Assembly: GCA_963727775.1 (NCBI GenBank)
Contig: CAVSHB010000004.1
Span: forward strand, 128,001-192,000
Direction of reading: 5' to 3'
DNA: 64,000 bases
DNA from: an uncultured Nitrospiraceae bacterium
GTDB lineage: Bacteria; Nitrospirota; Thermodesulfovibrionia; Thermodesulfovibrionales; SM23-35
Made by a program: the position numbers and the translations under genes. Of this stretch, positions 50,882 through 59,603 are shown one piece after another; position 1 is the stretch's first letter; every line of letters begins with the position of its first letter. The notes beneath the pieces were generated by a model, which was given only the letters and a program-made list of their open reading frames with translations, was not told the origin of the DNA and did not search any database.

Positions 50882-51268
50882 ATGAGCGACTCAAAGGATA
50901 AGGAGCGTGCCCGCCAAAGAGCAGCGGTGGTGTTTGCCGTGCGCAGCGGCCAGATAACAGCCGAGGAGGGTGCGCGCCGACTGGGCGTGTCCCGCAAGAC
51001 CTACTACGAATGGGAAAGCCGGGCATTACAGGCGATGACAGAAGCCATGGAAAACAAATCTGCCGGCAGACCGAACATGCCGCAGGACGAGGAGAAGCAG
51101 CGTTTACAGGAGGAGGTTACCGAACTCCGGAAGAAGTTGTTTGTCGCTGAAAAGACGGTAGAAGTGCGGGATATGTTGCATGCGTATGAGTTGCAGAATG
51201 CCGGTGATAAGAAAAGCGTCCCGACAAATCGGGAGGAAAAAAAACGAAAGCAAAGGAAGAAACGATAA
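50882..51268 (+). CDS. HTH protein (OrfA-like)
   Basis: AAGGGAG RBS; ITAEEGARRLGVSRKTYYEW followed by a coiled coil. Confidence 0.8.
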   Translation: MSDSKDKERARQRAAVVFAVRSGQITAEEGARRLGVSRKTYYEWESRALQAMTEAMENKSAGRPNMPQDEEKQRLQEEVTELRKKLFVAEKTVEVRDMLHAYELQNAGDKKSVPTNREEKKRKQRKKR

Positions 51269-51273
51269 CTCGT

Positions 51274-52317
51274 ATGCTTGCCATGATTGACCAGATCAGG
51301 GAGAGGACCGGGATGCCCTACAGAGCGATCTGCTATGCCGTAAGACTGCCCTACCCGAGTTTTATGCGGTGGCGCATACGGCGCAAAAAAGATACGCCCT
51401 TGGTGCGGCAACCTGGTCCTCCCAAGGTCAAGCCACCGGATTTTGGCAAGATTGAGCAGGATATAGCACAGTTATCTCACGGGCACAATCGCACGCAGGG
51501 AACCGGGGCGTTATATGTTCGCTACGGATCCACCGTATCAAGGCGGAAGCTGCATACAATGGTAGCAATGGCGCGGCACGATCTCAATACCTACCATCGT
51601 CAGAATCTGCGGCGCATCCGCTGGAACGTGCCGAACGTCGCCTGGTCCATGGACCCCTGCGAATACGAACAGCGTGACGCAACTGGTGCAAAGGTATACC
51701 TGAACCAGATGCAAGATCTCGCGTCACGCTATAAGTTTAATCCCATGACGGGAGAAGTTCCCTGCGGCGAAGAGATATCCGGCTATCTTGCGGCAACCTT
51801 CAATCGGTTTGGAGCACCCCTGTTCCTAAAACGGGACAATGGAGGTAACCTCAATCATGCAGCTGTCAATGACGTGCTTGCCGATTATTTTGTCCTACCG
51901 GTGAATAGCCCGGTCCATTATCCGCCTTATAACGGTGCGATCGAAGAGGCGCAAACCGAGCTGAAAAATGGGCTTGCCGCTAAGCTCTCGTACAGGCCCT
52001 TTTGCCCACGAGAACACATAGAGGCATACGCCTCGACGGTTGAGCATGATCTTAATCACCAACCTCGTCCGTGCTTGAACGGTAACAACGCCTGCAGGGT
52101 GTACTTCATCGGAAAAAGAGCTTTTTCCAAATGGGAAAGGAGGGATGCCTATGTTTGGATAACGACCTTGCAGAGTGATATACTTTGCAGTGAAGGGGTT
52201 CAGCCCCAGGCGGCTTGGCGCATCGCCGTGGAGGCATGGCTGAACATGAAAGGCTTTATTACGATTACGATTAATGGAAAAGTGTTACCCAATTTTTTCT
52301 CATTTCGGTATCATTAA
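51274..52317 (+). CDS. Second DDE integrase-core transposase
   Basis: WSMD, QDLASRY, KRDNGG, PPYNGAIEE; stop codon inside the right inverted repeat. Confidence 0.8.
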   Translation: MLAMIDQIRERTGMPYRAICYAVRLPYPSFMRWRIRRKKDTPLVRQPGPPKVKPPDFGKIEQDIAQLSHGHNRTQGTGALYVRYGSTVSRRKLHTMVAMARHDLNTYHRQNLRRIRWNVPNVAWSMDPCEYEQRDATGAKVYLNQMQDLASRYKFNPMTGEVPCGEEISGYLAATFNRFGAPLFLKRDNGGNLNHAAVNDVLADYFVLPVNSPVHYPPYNGAIEEAQTELKNGLAAKLSYRPFCPREHIEAYASTVEHDLNHQPRPCLNGNNACRVYFIGKRAFSKWERRDAYVWITTLQSDILCSEGVQPQAAWRIAVEAWLNMKGFITITINGKVLPNFFSFRYH

Positions 52318-52332
52318 CTCTTGGCGTGCACA

Positions 52333-52479
52333 AGTACTACGAAGAACGATATCGGCAGCGTGTAGTCTATAACTTGAACAAAAAAGCTGCCGCCATGGGT
52401 TTCGTTCTCATGCCAGCGGGAGAAAGGACTGTTGAAATATAATCGACATCTGCTGCTACAAGAGTTTGTTTCTTGAGAG
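52333..52479 (+). pseudogene. IS110-family 3' remnant
   Basis: YYEERYRQRVVYNLNKKAAAMGFVL-type C-terminus (stop 52442) and end motif GTTTCTTGAGAG. Confidence 0.65.
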
Positions 52480-52758
52480 GTGCATGAAGCATTTCAGGTG
52501 ATCTGTTTAGTATATCAAGTATAGGGAGAACTAAACGCCACTTTTAAATTCTCGAATCCGTTTGTTAGGAATGGCTATACTCCTCAGATATCAAGAAGTG
52601 AAACTCGCGTTGATTACAGGGAGTACATCTCCGTGCATGTTTAGGATCGAAGTCGAGACTTTCCCCTGCAGAGTGGCAGGTTTGTTTCGGAACAGGTGGC
52701 AGGATTGGATCGGAATCTGCACCCTGCAGTTAAGCTGTGATATTAATATAAAGCAGTG

Positions 52759-53634
52759 TTATTTATGAACTTCCTGATGATTAGTTCTTTTCTTTCTCTT
52801 TAAATGATAACCAGACCCAAGCGCTGCAAGCAGTACAACAATTATTATGACCCATTCCGTTATTGTCAGATCAGGTACTATGCTTGCAAAAAATATATAT
52901 GCCGAACCCTTGCTGATATTTTTACCTATGTTGCTTTCAGGCAACCCAACCAAGAACGTTTTTCCAACCTTGCTGATTGAAACAGACCACCCTAAACGGT
53001 CAAATGTCCTGCCCCCCGAAGCGACCAGTTTCCGCTGTTGAGCCCATTTCCCGTTGCTTCTTGAAAATACATATGCTGAACCCTGTTCGGTCCTGTTGTT
53101 GATTTTAGAGTTAGGCGCCCCGACAACTATAGTGTTTCCGTCTTTGCTGATTGAGGCGGACCATCCGAAGTGATCAATCGTTGCGCCGTCCGAAGCGACA
53201 AGTTTCTGCTGCTGGACCCATTTCCCATCGCTCCTTTCAAACACATATGCCGAACCCTGTTCGGTCCTGTTGTTGATTTTAGAGTAAGGTGATCCAATTA
53301 CTAAGGTACTGCCATCGTCGCTGGATGAAACAGACCATCCGAACCGATCAAATGAGGCTCCGTCTGAAGAAGTCAGCTTTTGCTGCTGAGTCCATTCTCC
53401 ATTTTTCCTCACAAATACATCTGCCGAACCTTGGTCGATATTGCCGTTTATATCGCCATAAGGCGTTCCAACCAATGAAGTATTCCCGGCGCCGCTGATT
53501 GATACAGACCATCCTGAACGGTCAAATGAACCTCCGTCTGAGGGAGTCAGTTTCTGCTGTTGTACAGATCCAACGGCAATCGCCTGCCCTAGCGCTAATG
53601 ACACCAAAATAAAAAAAACTGCTTTCTTAACCAT
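52759..53634 (-). CDS. FG-GAP repeat protein with IPTL-CTERM-like sorting signal
   Basis: Signal peptide; four repeats QQKLxxSDGxxFDxFGWSVSIS...GSAY; C-terminus VPDLTITEW + TM + KRKKR. Confidence 0.82.
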   Translation of the reverse strand: MVKKAVFFILVSLALGQAIAVGSVQQQKLTPSDGGSFDRSGWSVSISGAGNTSLVGTPYGDINGNIDQGSADVFVRKNGEWTQQQKLTSSDGASFDRFGWSVSSSDDGSTLVIGSPYSKINNRTEQGSAYVFERSDGKWVQQQKLVASDGATIDHFGWSASISKDGNTIVVGAPNSKINNRTEQGSAYVFSRSNGKWAQQRKLVASGGRTFDRLGWSVSISKVGKTFLVGLPESNIGKNISKGSAYIFFASIVPDLTITEWVIIIVVLLAALGSGYHLKRKKRTNHQEVHK

Positions 53635-53642
53635 TTTTCCTT

Positions 53643-54764
53643 TTATTCAAAAATCACGTAGTCCTTAATCTTACCGAGTCTTTGCCCCTTTATGCCGAGT
53701 TCTTCAAGACGCGCGATCCTCTTTTCTTTTCGCAGTTTCAAAATTCTGCTTGCCGTATCCAGACCGAGACCGGGCACTCTTAATAACACCTTTGAGTCCG
53801 ATGTGTTGATTCTGACCGGAAAATATTCCGGATGGCTGTCAGCCCATATTTCTTTGGGGTCTTTGTCCAGCCTCAGATTACCTGTTGCCTCAAGCGGAAT
53901 ATCTTCACTGTTAAAGCCGTATTTTCGGATAAGAAAATCTACCTGGTACAGGCGGTGTTCACGCATGAAAGGTCCGGCATGATTTGAAAGAAAGCGCCTC
54001 TCACCCGGGATGTCAGGATGTCCGAGGCCTTTCTGATAAGCAGAAAAATAGACCCTTTTAAAATTCAGGCGCTTATAAAGTCCGAACATGTAATGTATAA
54101 TCTCGGAGTCTTTCTCGTCGGATGCTCCGACAATAAATTGGGTAGTGCATTTGACCCTGGAAAACCTCATGCCTTTCCCTGTGAGTCTGCCGATCAGTTT
54201 CAGCGGATGCAAAATATCTTTATCGTAATCCTTTTCCCTTGAAAGGACGGAGAAATGTTCTTTGCCCGGCGTTTCGATATTGAGAGACACCGCTGTAGCC
54301 AGAGACATAGCATCTTCTACAGCTGCATCCGACGCACCGGGGATGATCTTCAAGTGTATGTACCCCCTAAAATTATGTTTGTATCTGAGAATACGGGCAG
54401 CCGTATTGATCTTGTTCATGGTGTAATCAGCATTATTGATCACAGCGGAACTCAGGAACAGGCCAAATACCTTTTTCCTTCTCTGATATTCCATGAAAAT
54501 ACGGGCGACCTCCTCAGGTTGCAGTGTACAGCGCCGCACATTCGTTTCGGAGCGGAGTGGACAATATTTGCAGTCGTTTGCACAGGCGTTGGAGAGCAAC
54601 GTCTTAAGAAGTACGGTATAGCCTCCCTGCGGAAGGGCAACCGGATAAAGCCATTTTCCGTCAGGTCCTCTCTTGCGATGTTCTTCCTTTCGGGTACCGC
54701 ATGCACAGGCCAGATCATACTGGGAATCTTCGGAAAGCAATTTTAATTTTTCGATAGTGTCCAT
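53643..54764 (-). CDS. Putative DNA modification/repair radical SAM protein with HhH
   Basis: CANDCKYC, YIHLKIIPG, TQFIVGA, RVYFSAY, REHRLYQVDFL, LRVPGLG. Confidence 0.88.
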   Translation of the reverse strand: MDTIEKLKLLSEDSQYDLACACGTRKEEHRKRGPDGKWLYPVALPQGGYTVLLKTLLSNACANDCKYCPLRSETNVRRCTLQPEEVARIFMEYQRRKKVFGLFLSSAVINNADYTMNKINTAARILRYKHNFRGYIHLKIIPGASDAAVEDAMSLATAVSLNIETPGKEHFSVLSREKDYDKDILHPLKLIGRLTGKGMRFSRVKCTTQFIVGASDEKDSEIIHYMFGLYKRLNFKRVYFSAYQKGLGHPDIPGERRFLSNHAGPFMREHRLYQVDFLIRKYGFNSEDIPLEATGNLRLDKDPKEIWADSHPEYFPVRINTSDSKVLLRVPGLGLDTASRILKLRKEKRIARLEELGIKGQRLGKIKDYVIFE

Positions 54765-54904
54765 GAGAAAGCTTTAAGAATTATATCATAGACATGACGT
54801 AATGTTTGAACAGCAGATAAGTCGGGGGACCCTATATCCTCACCCCAACGGGAACAATGCCTCACCGACAGGGAATATCGCCCCAATCAGCCACAGGTTC
54901 GCTC

Positions 54905-55642
54905 TCAGGCTTGAGGCAAAGCCGCGGACTGTTTGGCGGGATTTATCACCCAAATATTCCCGAACTCTTTGTCCTGATACGCCCTGGCAAGCCCGAGCCT
55001 GATGAGTTCAAGCAGGGCGACAAACGTAACGACTAACTGCATTTTTGTTATACCGTCTCTGAAAAGATCTTCAAACCTGACAGTCTCCTGCCCTTCGATT
55101 ATTTCCATTATCACGGACATCCTGTCCTTCACCGTCAGGGTTTCTTTTGTTATTGAAGCAATTTCAGGAGGCGCCTTATCGAGAATTTTTTTGAACGCGT
55201 CAATAAGGTCAAACAGGCTGATGTCAAAAAGGGAAAGCTCTGCATCGTCTTCATCCGGTGAGAAAGGTTCCCGGCGGAATACATTCATCCAGTTCTCCTC
55301 TCTATTTCTGAAGTCGCCTGCCGCTTCCTTAAACCTCTGATATTCGAGCAGCCTCTGGACGAGTTCAAGCCTCGGGTCTTCCTGTTCCTCTGAAGGCGCC
55401 TCTTCATCAGGCGGGATCAACATCCTTGATTTGATATGGATCAAGGTCGCGGCCATAACGATGAATTCGCCGGCTATCTCAAGGTTGAGTTCCTTCATCA
55501 TTTCGATATATTGAAGGTACCGGCCCGTAATCTCGGCAATAGGGATGTCGTAGATATCAACCTTATTGTCCCTAATAAGATGCAGTAGAAGATCAAACGG
55601 CCCCTCAAATACAGGAACCTTTATATTTATAATATCTTCCAT
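54905..55642 (-). CDS. scpA: Segregation and condensation protein A
   Basis: FEGPFDLLLHLI, IKSRML, DPRLELV, VTFVALLEL. Confidence 0.93.
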   Translation of the reverse strand: MEDIINIKVPVFEGPFDLLLHLIRDNKVDIYDIPIAEITGRYLQYIEMMKELNLEIAGEFIVMAATLIHIKSRMLIPPDEEAPSEEQEDPRLELVQRLLEYQRFKEAAGDFRNREENWMNVFRREPFSPDEDDAELSLFDISLFDLIDAFKKILDKAPPEIASITKETLTVKDRMSVIMEIIEGQETVRFEDLFRDGITKMQLVVTFVALLELIRLGLARAYQDKEFGNIWVINPAKQSAALPQA

Positions 55643-55718
55643 CTGTTCCGTTATTATACATCAAAGGATGGATCCGGCGGCGATCCAAAGACAGTATTCC
55701 GAATATGATTGCAGCGCC

Positions 55719-55747
55719 TTGACAAAATTATAAAATATGCTTATATT
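55719..55747 (+). promoter_or_regulatory. Sigma70 promoter with overlapping palindrome (candidate ArsR operator)
   Basis: TTGACA-17-TATATT; AATAT-GCTT-ATATT (55734-55747) overlaps the -10. Confidence 0.6.
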
Positions 55748-55782
55748 CGAAAGTAAGAATGTATTTCAATAGGAGGAATGAC

Positions 55783-56124
55783 ATGCTTTCTATGGGTCAA
55801 AGAATAGAACTCTTGAAAATTATTGCTCATCCCGTGAGAATCCGTATCCTTGAAGAACTTTCAAAGGGTGTCAAATGCGTGAGCGATTTCGAGGAGTTCC
55901 TTGACATAAGACAACCTAATGTATCGCAGCATCTTTCGCTTCTGAGACATTACGGCATAGTGGATTACTATATGGACGGAAGGCTTAGGTGCTATTTTCT
56001 TATTAACCCGATCATACCTGATCTTCTCGAACTGCTCAGAAAGGATTACCGCGAATCACTTCCGCGTCCTGCGTGTTGTCCAATAACCAAGAAGGGCGTG
56101 TATCCGGGGAACAGGGCAAGATAA
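55783..56124 (+). CDS. ArsR/SmtB-family repressor with Cys-Cys tail
   Basis: AGGAGG RBS; AHPVRIRIL, KCVSD, QPNVSQHL; C-terminal ACCP. Confidence 0.9.
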   Translation: MLSMGQRIELLKIIAHPVRIRILEELSKGVKCVSDFEEFLDIRQPNVSQHLSLLRHYGIVDYYMDGRLRCYFLINPIIPDLLELLRKDYRESLPRPACCPITKKGVYPGNRAR

Positions 56125-56174
56125 TAATATCAGCAAGATAGTTTCAAGATTTAAAGGATACAAGGAGGCAAAAG

Positions 56175-56501
56175 ATGAAAATTGGGATTCTTATTTCAAC
56201 AGGTGACGCAGAGACGGTCTGGAATGCCTTCCGTTTTGCGAACCTCTGTCTGAACACAGACGTGACCAACGAAGTGTCGATTTTTATGCATGCAAAGGCA
56301 GTCGAATACGAAAGCTGCAACTCTGAGAAGTTCAACATCAAAGAGCTTGCAAAAATGTTTGTCCTGAGTGACGGAAAATTGCTCGCATGCGGCAAATGTT
56401 TGGGCTTCAGGGGATTAGAAGATAATGATATCTGCCGTAAGGGCAGTCAGAAAGATCTGTACGAAATGGTCACCACGAGCGACAAGCTTGTCTGCTTCTG
56501 A
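56175..56501 (+). CDS. DsrE/DsrF-like sulfur-relay protein
   Basis: MKIGILI...WNAFRFAN, LLACGKCLGFRG, SDKLVCF. Confidence 0.85.
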   Translation: MKIGILISTGDAETVWNAFRFANLCLNTDVTNEVSIFMHAKAVEYESCNSEKFNIKELAKMFVLSDGKLLACGKCLGFRGLEDNDICRKGSQKDLYEMVTTSDKLVCF

Positions 56502-56545
56502 GATGTCATTGGAATGTCAGCTCTGAGAAAGGGAGGTGAATTATT

Positions 56546-56797
56546 TTGGTAAAAATAACAATCTATTCCAATCGACCCGCCGGAAAGCGGTGAACCAATC
56601 TCTGTGCTTTGGCCGGGAAAGTCAAAGAAAAATATCCCAAAGATGTAGAAGTGGAAACGGTCTATTCCGGTTTCCTTGGTCTTGGTCATAAAGGAGATGC
56701 CGTCAAGCCCCCTAACATAGCCGTTGACGACACAATACTTGGAGGCGAAGCCACTTTTGAAGACATTGAAAAAGCTGTTATGGGAAAACTGTCTTAG
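56546..56797 (+). CDS. Small thioredoxin-like selenoprotein (83 aa, Sec16, UxxxC)
   Basis: GGAGGT RBS, TTG start; MVKITIYSNRPAGKR-TGA(56591)-TNLCALAG continues in frame into ORF 56609-56797; cis-Pro-like PPNIAVDD; SECIS-like hairpin 56607-56627. Confidence 0.75.
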
Positions 56798-56822
56798 AGA
56801 AGACGATGGAGGTGCGGATGTT

Positions 56823-58559
56823 ATGAAAAGAATAATATATGCGGGAGTCCTGTTTTTAGTCTTTGTGAGTTGTGTCTCTCTGGCGCAGGCAGAAATCCAA
56901 AATGCAGACCGCGTTCGGGGCCAGATTGTCGCTGAGGCAAAAAAGGGAGGATATCAGCTCATCACACCTGAGGAACTCAAAAAGGAATATCTAAAAGATT
57001 CATCCGCGTTTCTTCTTGTAGATACAAGGCAGGAGTGGTCGTATCAGATGCAGCATATCAAGGGGTCCTTACATATTGACTTTGCTCCGACCTGGTGGAA
57101 TCAATACTCACCTATGATGCGGTCGGAGATGAAAGCCCTTCTCGGTACTGAAAAAAATAAGAAAATTGTCTTTTATTGAGACGGTTTAACGTGAGTGCGA
57201 AGTCACGGTGCGGCCAGTTTGGCTGTAAAACTTGGATATAAGAATATATACCGTTTCGCTGAGGGCCTTCCGACATGGAAAGAGATGGGATTGCCTCTTG
57301 AGGCGGGTCGCGCATCTTATGGAGCGTCCGGAGGACAGAAAGGTATTTCGACTGTTATTGGCACGGGCTTGATCCTGACACTTCTCGGAGTATTTATAGG
57401 GGGAATAGCCCTTAATCTTACTCCCTGTGTTTATCCTCTGATCCCAATTACAGCTTCCTATTTTGGCGGTAGGAGTGAAACAGGTGAACGTCAGGGATAT
57501 CTTCTTCTCCACGGCCTTCTCTATATTCTCGGGCTATCTGTCATGAATTCTGCCATTGGAGTTTCAGCAGCATTCACTGGCAGGCTCATGGGCTCATTTC
57601 TTCAGCATCCTGCTGTGCTTATTTTTGTCTCATCTGTATTGCTCCTAATGGCGCTTAACTTCTTTGGCTTATGGGAACTCCGGCTGCCAAGCTTCCTGAG
57701 TTCCGTTGTATCAAAATCCCACACCGGTTATGTCCAGTCACTCTTCATGGGACTGACACTCGGTATAATTGCTGCTCCCTGTATCGGTCCGTTTATTATA
57801 GGGCTTCTGACCATGGTTGCCCAGAGGGGTGATCCCTGGTACGGTTTTCTCATATTCTTTACTCTGAGCATCGGCCTCGGATTACCGCTATTTATTCTAT
57901 CGATATTTGCCGGAAATGTAAGCAAGCTCCCCCGATCAGGTGAATGGTTGATATGGATCAGGAATCTTTTCGGATGGATCATGCTTGCCATGGCTGTATA
58001 TTTTGTAAAACCATTGTTACCGTGGCATGATGCCGGAACTTACATGCTGGCATTAATTGCTTTGGCTTCAGGAGTTCATCTGGGCTTCGTTAGTAAGACA
58101 GGTAAAAATTTGAGAACTTTCACTATTATCAAAAGAAGCATAGGTATTCTTGTGATAGGATTATCTATCTTTCTTGCAGGCTCCGTCCTCTTACGGGGAC
58201 CAGGGGTATCCTGGCGGCCATATTCTCAAGACACGTTCTCAAAAGCGATGGCTTCAAATAAACCGATAATCATTGACTTCTATGCGGATTGGTGTACACC
58301 GTGCGGTCAGTTGGACAAAAAAACATTTCATGACAAGGAAGTTGTTAAGGAATCCGCTAAATTCAGCATGATCAAAGTTGATCTGACGAAGGAAGCTAAT
58401 CCCGATGTTCTGCAACTGTTGAAAAAATATGATGTCAAGGGTGTGCCGACGGTTATATTCCTTGATCCTCGCGGTCAGGAAATAAAGGAATTGGAGATTG
58501 TGGACTACATCCCCGGTAATGAATTTTTGCCGAGAATGAAAAAGGCATTAGGAGAATAA
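56823..58559 (+). CDS. Double-selenocysteine rhodanese-DsbD(beta)-thioredoxin fusion (578 aa)
   Basis: GGAGGT RBS and signal peptide; ORFs 56724-57179 and 57195-58559 share a frame, joined by FY-TGA(57177)-DGLT-TGA(57192)-VRS at the rhodanese CxGxxCxRS loop; then LTPCVYP, AAPCIGP and WCTPC. Confidence 0.85.
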
Positions 58560-58566
58560 CCGAGTA

Positions 58567-59277
58567 ATGAAACTAAAAAAAATAGTCGTCTTGATCGTTA
58601 TTTCCGCCTTAATCGTGGCAGTTAAGGTATTTCACCTCGACCAGTTCCTCACTCTTTCATATCTGAAGGGATCATTGGATAAGCTGAAAGCCCTCTATGA
58701 AAACCACAGGGTGCTGGTCATTGCAGGCTATTTTGTCATTTACGTTCTTACAACCTCTATTTCCTTGCCCGGAGCTTCTCCGTTAGGTATCGCTGGAGGA
58801 GCGCTGTTCGGTTTCTGGACAGCGACAATCGTGGTCTCTTTCGCAAGCTCTATCGGCGCCACACTGGCATGTTTAGTTTCCCGCTATCTACTAAGGGACT
58901 GGATACAAAGTAAATTCGGTGACAAGATTGCAAAGATCAACGAAGGTATCGAAAAAGAAGGCGCGTTCTATTTATTCACCCTGCGGTTGATTCCGGTATT
59001 CCCTTTCTGGATGATCAACCTCACTATGGGTCTGACAAAAATGTCCCTTATTAAATTCTATTGGGTATCACAGATAGGAATGCTTCCCGGAACTATGGTT
59101 TTTGTTAACGCCGGAAAGGAACTTGCAAAGATTGATTCTCTCAAGGGAATTTCCTCTCCAGGCCTGATCATTTCATTTGCACTCATCGGCATATTTCCCA
59201 TAGCGGTAAAGAAACTGGTGGCTTTATACCGTTCCAGGATGAAGAAGACCGCTGGCGATGCCGGAAATATTTCCTGA
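58567..59277 (+). CDS. TVP38/TMEM64 (VTT/DedA superfamily) membrane protein
   Basis: SLPGA, GGALFG, LRLIPVFPF, GMLPGT. Confidence 0.9.
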   Translation: MKLKKIVVLIVISALIVAVKVFHLDQFLTLSYLKGSLDKLKALYENHRVLVIAGYFVIYVLTTSISLPGASPLGIAGGALFGFWTATIVVSFASSIGATLACLVSRYLLRDWIQSKFGDKIAKINEGIEKEGAFYLFTLRLIPVFPFWMINLTMGLTKMSLIKFYWVSQIGMLPGTMVFVNAGKELAKIDSLKGISSPGLIISFALIGIFPIAVKKLVALYRSRMKKTAGDAGNIS

Positions 59278-59285
59278 GGGCATCC

Positions 59286-59603
59286 ATGGGAAGGTATGAA
59301 GAAATAACAGACGCGCTACAAATCCTCGGATTATATGAATCCGCAACAGTAAAGGAAATCAAGAACAAGTATCGGGAATTGCTCAAAGAATGGCACCCTG
59401 ACTTATGTAAGGAAAATGAACATATTAGAAAAGAAAGAACTATTGAGATCATCAATGCGCACAGAACAATAATGGATTATTGTGAGCAATATAGATTTTC
59501 GTTCTCCAGGGAAGAAGTTGAAAAATATGTATCTCCTGAAGAACTTTGGGCAAAACAATTTGGAAAAGACCCAATATGGGGAAACTATCAAGATGATGGA
59601 TAA
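59286..59603 (+). CDS. Small J-domain protein
   Basis: ILGL...EIKNKYR...WHPD. Confidence 0.85.
   Translation: MGRYEEITDALQILGLYESATVKEIKNKYRELLKEWHPDLCKENEHIRKERTIEIINAHRTIMDYCEQYRFSFSREEVEKYVSPEELWAKQFGKDPIWGNYQDDG

Larger units (their letters stand above)
49080..52332 (+). mobile_element. 3253-bp IS481/IS3-related element with four ORFs (two DDE, two HTH)
   Basis: About 50-bp imperfect inverted repeats with TGTGC...GCACA ends and shared TAATGATACC and GGGT(G/A)ACAC blocks (49080-49131 / 52282-52332); no flanking duplication. Confidence 0.82.
47278..52721. mobile_element. Non-autonomous IS21-ended element with nested insertions
   Basis: Left end TGCATATTCCGGTGAAACCTGCCACCTATTCCGG; reverse complement of right end TGCAGATTCCGATCCAATCCTGCCACCTGTTCCG; flanking direct repeat CCCTG (47273-77 / 52722-26); no istA/istB inside. 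Confidence 0.8.

Noticed and set aside
52560..52670. CheW-like fragment (SILNMHGDVLPVIN) on the minus strand
   Set aside because: Too short and closed by stop codons; the similarity could be chance
54810..54905. Possible ncRNA (tRNA-Sec, 6S or IS110 bridge RNA) downstream of scpA
   Set aside because: No cloverleaf, UCA anticodon arm or other recognisable motif; an Rfam search would be needed
56499..56552. UGA read-through at the end of the DsrE-like gene
   Set aside because: The protein ends at the normal DsrE C-terminus (DKLVCF); the extension is short, overlaps the next RBS and shows no convincing SECIS
57177..57194. Pseudogene interpretation of the split rhodanese/DsbD gene
   Set aside because: Both stops are TGA at active-site Cys positions, there are no other lesions, and SECIS-like hairpins and Sec-selD are adjacent
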